From assembly GCF_001598795.1 (NCBI RefSeq), contig NZ_BCZP01000010.1:90001-122000 (forward strand): a DNA stretch of 32,000 nt, written 5' to 3'. How positions within the stretch are numbered: the stretch's first letter is position 1; every line of letters starts with the position of its first letter. This stretch comes from Delftia acidovorans NBRC 14950 (GTDB lineage: Bacteria; Pseudomonadota; Gammaproteobacteria; Burkholderiales; Burkholderiaceae_C). A program made the translations under genes and the position numbers. Below, piece by piece: positions 28,969 through 32,000 of this stretch. The notes under the pieces are model-generated. The model was not told the origin of the DNA. It made no database searches and saw nothing but the letters and a program-made list of their open reading frames with translations.

Positions 28969-29598
28969 ATGGAACCTGTACCCGACGCCACCGTCTACAT
29001 CGTCGATGACGACACCGATGTACGCGAAGCGCTGGCCTGGCTGCTGCGCTCGCGCCGCCTGCTCAGCGAATGCTATGACAGCGCAGAGGCCTTCGACGCC
29101 ATGCTGCAATCGCGCCCGCCGCCACGCAATCCCTGCTGCCTGCTGCTGGACATGCGCATGGGCGGCATGAGCGGGCTGGCGCTGTTCAACCTCATGCTGG
29201 AGCGCAACCAAATCGCGGGCATGCCCGTGATCTTCCTGACCGGCCATGCCGACGTGCCCACGGCCGTGGACACGGTCAAGCGCGGCGCCTTCGATTTCTG
29301 CGAGAAGCCCTTTTCGGACAACGCGCTCGTGGACCGCATCGAGCAGGCGCTGGAACTGTCAGCCCAGCACCAGGCCGAGACCCGTGCGCGCGAGGCCGTG
29401 CGTGCGCGCTTCAACGAACTGACGGAGCGCGAGCGCGACGTGATGCGGCTGGTGGTGGAGGGCATTCCCAACAAGCTCATCGCCGACCAGCTGGACATCA
29501 GCGTGCGCACCGTCGAAGTCCACCGCGCGCGCGTCTTCGACAAGATGCAGGTCAAGTCGGCCGTGGAACTGGCCAACCTGCTGCGCACGCACGGCTGA
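28969..29598 (+). CDS. Response regulator, REC + LuxR-type HTH (FixJ/NarL family)
   Basis: VYIVDDD acidic pocket, phospho-acceptor context LLLDMRMGGMSG, LTGHADV and EKPF. The C-terminal LTERERDVMRLVVEGIPNKLIADQLDISVRTVEVHRARVFDKM is a GerE/LuxR HTH. ATG 28969 was chosen over the ORF-track start at 28858, which overlaps the kinase. Confidence 0.92.
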   Translation: MEPVPDATVYIVDDDTDVREALAWLLRSRRLLSECYDSAEAFDAMLQSRPPPRNPCCLLLDMRMGGMSGLALFNLMLERNQIAGMPVIFLTGHADVPTAVDTVKRGAFDFCEKPFSDNALVDRIEQALELSAQHQAETRAREAVRARFNELTERERDVMRLVVEGIPNKLIADQLDISVRTVEVHRARVFDKMQVKSAVELANLLRTHG

Positions 29599-29603
29599 CG
29601 TCT

Positions 29604-30878
29604 TCAGAAATACGTGGCGATCACGTCGACCACGTCGTAGCCATCGTTGACGACGGCCATCTGCCGCCATTTGTCGAAGGTCAGGCAGGGGTGGGAGATA
29701 TCGAAGGCCAGCATGTCGCCGACGCGCAGGCCATCGTCCTCGGCCACCTTCAGGAAAGCATGCTGGTCCATCATGGCCGTGACCTCCCAATGGGGCGGTG
29801 CGGCCACCGGCGCGGCATCACCGGGGCGGTAGCGCAGCGCGGGCCGGGGCGGCACGGCCTCGAAGGCGGTATCGCGCTTGCCCAGCGCCACGATGGCGCG
29901 GCCAGGCTCGGGCAGTGACTGCACATAGGCCCAGACCTGCAGCGCAGGCAGCAGGCTGGCACGCATCTGCTGCGCCACGGGGTTGGTCTGGTCGATGCGC
30001 TGCTGCGCTGCCTGGTAGATGCCCGCATCATGCGTGAGATAGCAGCCGGGGCGCAGCACCAGATCCAGGGGGCCGCCAATGTCGGCCTTGCCGAATTCCT
30101 GGGCCACCACGTCGTACCAGGCCGAGCCGGCCCCCGTGAGCACGGCCGGGCTGCGCTGCAATCGTCCATCACCTGCGAGCCGCTCAAGCCAGTGAACGGC
30201 GCGCCGCAGCAGGGTGCGGATGGCATCCTCTTCCTTGAGCACGCCCTCGTAGACCTCGATGCCGGCCAGCCGCACGGCCGCGCCAGCCCTTGCCAGCGCA
30301 TCCAGCAGCGGCTGCATCTGCGCATCAGAGCGCACACCCGTGCGCCCGCCGGGCGGGCCCAGCTCGATCAGCACCTGCACGGACTGGCCCGCCGCGCCAA
30401 AGAAGGCCGCCAGTTGCTCGACCTGCTCGGCGCAGTCCACCAGGCAGAAGAACTCAAAACCGGGATCGGCCAGCAGCTCGGCCACGGCGGCCATATTGCG
30501 CCGTCCGATCAGCTGGTTGGCCATGAGCACGCGGCGCACGCCGTGGGCATGGGCCACGCGTGTCTGCTGGGCGGTCGCCAAGGTGATGCCCCAGGCGCCC
30601 GCATCGATCTGCTGGCGGAACAGGCGGGGCGCCATGGTCGTCTTGCCGTGGGGCGCGAGCTTGGCGCCGTAGGCGTCCACAAAGCGCTGCATCCAGGCAA
30701 GGTTGTGCGCCAGGCGCGACTGCGAGAGCACGGCGGCCGGCAGGCCCAGATCCTCGCGCAGCAGGTTCCAGCCCTGCGCTGCGGCGTCCTGCGGCGTGCA
30801 GGGCGCCGACAGTGCACCCAGGCCCTTGTCGAGCGGGCTGACCACGTCGGCCATGCCTGCTGTGCTTGCTTCACTCAT
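29604..30878 (-). CDS. Fold-type III (alanine-racemase-like) PLP enzyme, DSD1/D-amino-acid deaminase or aldolase-like
   Basis: ~424 aa from ATG 30878 (GGGAG SD upstream). It has an N-terminal TIM-barrel-like region with the lysine context LAPHGKTTMAP and a C-terminal beta domain. It resembles proteins annotated as amino acid deaminase or D-serine dehydratase-like. The specific substrate is not inferable. Confidence 0.7.
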   Translation of the reverse strand: MSEASTAGMADVVSPLDKGLGALSAPCTPQDAAAQGWNLLREDLGLPAAVLSQSRLAHNLAWMQRFVDAYGAKLAPHGKTTMAPRLFRQQIDAGAWGITLATAQQTRVAHAHGVRRVLMANQLIGRRNMAAVAELLADPGFEFFCLVDCAEQVEQLAAFFGAAGQSVQVLIELGPPGGRTGVRSDAQMQPLLDALARAGAAVRLAGIEVYEGVLKEEDAIRTLLRRAVHWLERLAGDGRLQRSPAVLTGAGSAWYDVVAQEFGKADIGGPLDLVLRPGCYLTHDAGIYQAAQQRIDQTNPVAQQMRASLLPALQVWAYVQSLPEPGRAIVALGKRDTAFEAVPPRPALRYRPGDAAPVAAPPHWEVTAMMDQHAFLKVAEDDGLRVGDMLAFDISHPCLTFDKWRQMAVVNDGYDVVDVIATYF

Positions 30879-30936
30879 ACGACTCCCCATTGATGGATGG
30901 GTGCCAGCATAGGGCAAGGCAGGTGGCCGCCCACGC

Positions 30937-30962
30937 AAAAACGCCCCGCGTTGCGGGGCGTT
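30937..30962 (-). terminator. Intrinsic terminator after the OmpA-like gene
   Basis: The minus strand reads AACGCCCCGC-aac-GCGGGGCGTT followed by TTTTT. It lies 22 nt after the stop at 30984. Confidence 0.8.
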
Positions 30963-30983
30963 GCATCCGGGCCAGAGCCGGGA

Positions 30984-31709
30984 TCAGCGGGGCTGCTGGT
31001 ACTGGGGCTGGTATTGCGGCTGCTGGTACTGCGGCTGCTGTTGATACTGGGGCTGCTGCTGTTGCTGCGGGATCTCGCCCACGAAGATTTCAACGCGGCG
31101 GTTCATGGCACGGCCGCTGGCCGAGTCGTTGGAAGCCACGGGCTGGTGCGAGCCACGGCCTTCGGTGGCGATGCGAGCGCCCGAGACGCCGCGCATGGTC
31201 AGGTAGTTGCGCGTGCTGTTGGCGCGGTCCAGCGACAGCGGGTTGTTGATGGCGTCCGAGCCGGTGCTGTCCGTGTGGCCGATGATGCGCACCTCGGCAT
31301 TGGGGTTGTTGCGCAGGCCTTCGGCGAAGCGGTCCAGGATGGGGGCGAAGTTGCCCTTGATGTCGGAACGGTTGGTATCGAACGAGATGTCGCTGGGAAT
31401 GTCGAGCTTGAGCTGGTTGTCAGCCGTCTGGCTCACGTTCACGCCCGTGCCCTGGGTGGCCTGCTCCATCTCGCGCTTTTGCTTTTCCATGTTCTGCGAC
31501 CAGATGTAGGTGCCCAGTGCACCCACGCCGGCACCGATCACGGCGCCCGTGCCGGCCCTGCCGCCGGTGACCGCGCCCAGCACGGCGCCGGCCGCAGCGC
31601 CCACGCCAGCGCCCGTGGCCGTGCGGCGCTGGGTGTCGCTCATGTTCGCGCAGCCGGAGATGAACAGTGCGGCAGCCGTTGCGGCGGCCAGAACGATGTG
31701 CTTGCGCAT
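30984..31709 (-). CDS. OmpA-family peptidoglycan-binding lipoprotein with glycine-zipper N-region and Q/P/Y-rich C-terminal repeat tail
   Basis: Lipobox LFISGC after MRKHIVLAAATAAA (ATG 31709, AGGAG SD). Glycine zipper GAGVGAAAGAVLGAVTGGRAGTGAVIGAGVGALG. OmpA_C core: IIGHTDSTGSDAINNPLSLDRANSTRNYL...GRAMNRRVEIFV. Tail: PQQQQQPQYQQQPQYQQPQYQPQYQQPR. Confidence 0.9.
   Translation of the reverse strand: MRKHIVLAAATAAALFISGCANMSDTQRRTATGAGVGAAAGAVLGAVTGGRAGTGAVIGAGVGALGTYIWSQNMEKQKREMEQATQGTGVNVSQTADNQLKLDIPSDISFDTNRSDIKGNFAPILDRFAEGLRNNPNAEVRIIGHTDSTGSDAINNPLSLDRANSTRNYLTMRGVSGARIATEGRGSHQPVASNDSASGRAMNRRVEIFVGEIPQQQQQPQYQQQPQYQQPQYQPQYQQPR
30987..31072. repeat. In-frame imperfect tandem repeat (12/15-nt units) encoding the QQPQY tail
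   Basis: The plus strand shows recurring CTGCTGGTACTG(G/C)GG and GGCTGGTATTGCGG units. Read directly from the sequence. Confidence 0.75.
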
Positions 31710-31855
31710 GGGAAACTCCTTTTTGAATCTTGGGAACGCACCGTGCGGTAGCGCCAGGGTCCCCATTGTGGAAAGCAGGCTGAGCACAGCCTATCAGTGC
31801 GGGCAGGGCATACCCGTAGGACGGCGCCCGCTCCGCGAGGCTGCTTTCGGGTCCG

Positions 31856-32000
31856 TCACGGGCCGCTGCGATCCTGCCCGGGAGAGGGTTTGTCTGGAGA
31901 CGGGTGCGAATCCCGTGGCGTGTCCACGGGCAACTCGCCCTTGCGGCGCCCGGAGAACATGGTCCACCACACAATAGCGACCAGAATCACCAAGGCCAGC
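31856..32000 (-). CDS. Possible 3' end (47 codons) of a membrane protein gene entering from the right edge
   Basis: My own minus-strand translation from 31999 gives LALVILVAIVWWTMFSGRRKGELPVDTPRDSHPSPDKPSPGQDRSGP*, a hydrophobic helix followed by a basic/Pro-rich tail. The stop is TGA at 31858-31856. It is too short to assign a family. Confidence 0.3.
   Translation of the reverse strand, partial: LALVILVAIVWWTMFSGRRKGELPVDTPRDSHPSPDKPSPGQDRSGP

Overview
This is a chromosomal window from a GC-rich proteobacterium. Single 60-nt lines I counted in the core give about 70% GC. Gene content and order look betaproteobacterial (Burkholderiales/Comamonadaceae-like); that placement is inference only. 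The core carries moaC, a BepA-like M48 protease, terC, purB, glnE divergent from a giant yhdP/TIGR02099 gene, a nit-type C-N hydrolase, a FixL/FixJ-type two-component pair and an OmpA-like lipoprotein. The left ~7.2 kb differs sharply. It is AT-rich (a spot-counted line gives ~37% GC) and carries a minus-strand surface-polysaccharide decoration module: an open-ended glycosyltransferase, an orphan 430-aa protein, a SAM methyltransferase, a Wzx-type flippase and an OafA-type AT3+SGNH O-acetyltransferase. A nucleotide-sugar dehydrogenase of intermediate GC sits next to moaC. A decayed, host-like high-GC IS30-family element splits this module between oafA and wzx. Non-coding calls are a yybP-ykoY (Mn2+) riboswitch ahead of terC, several intrinsic terminators, an 11-bp tandem repeat at a stop codon, an in-frame coding repeat in the OmpA-like gene, and a candidate ~100-nt structured sRNA with a CU-rich (anti-Shine-Dalgarno-like) loop between the GST gene and glnE. 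I found no tRNA, rRNA, CRISPR array, prophage or recognisable defence system. The many long ORFs antisense to real genes are GC-rich shadow frames. The best leads for something undescribed are the orphan protein in the low-GC glycan island and the candidate sRNA. The rest of the window looks like ordinary core genome.
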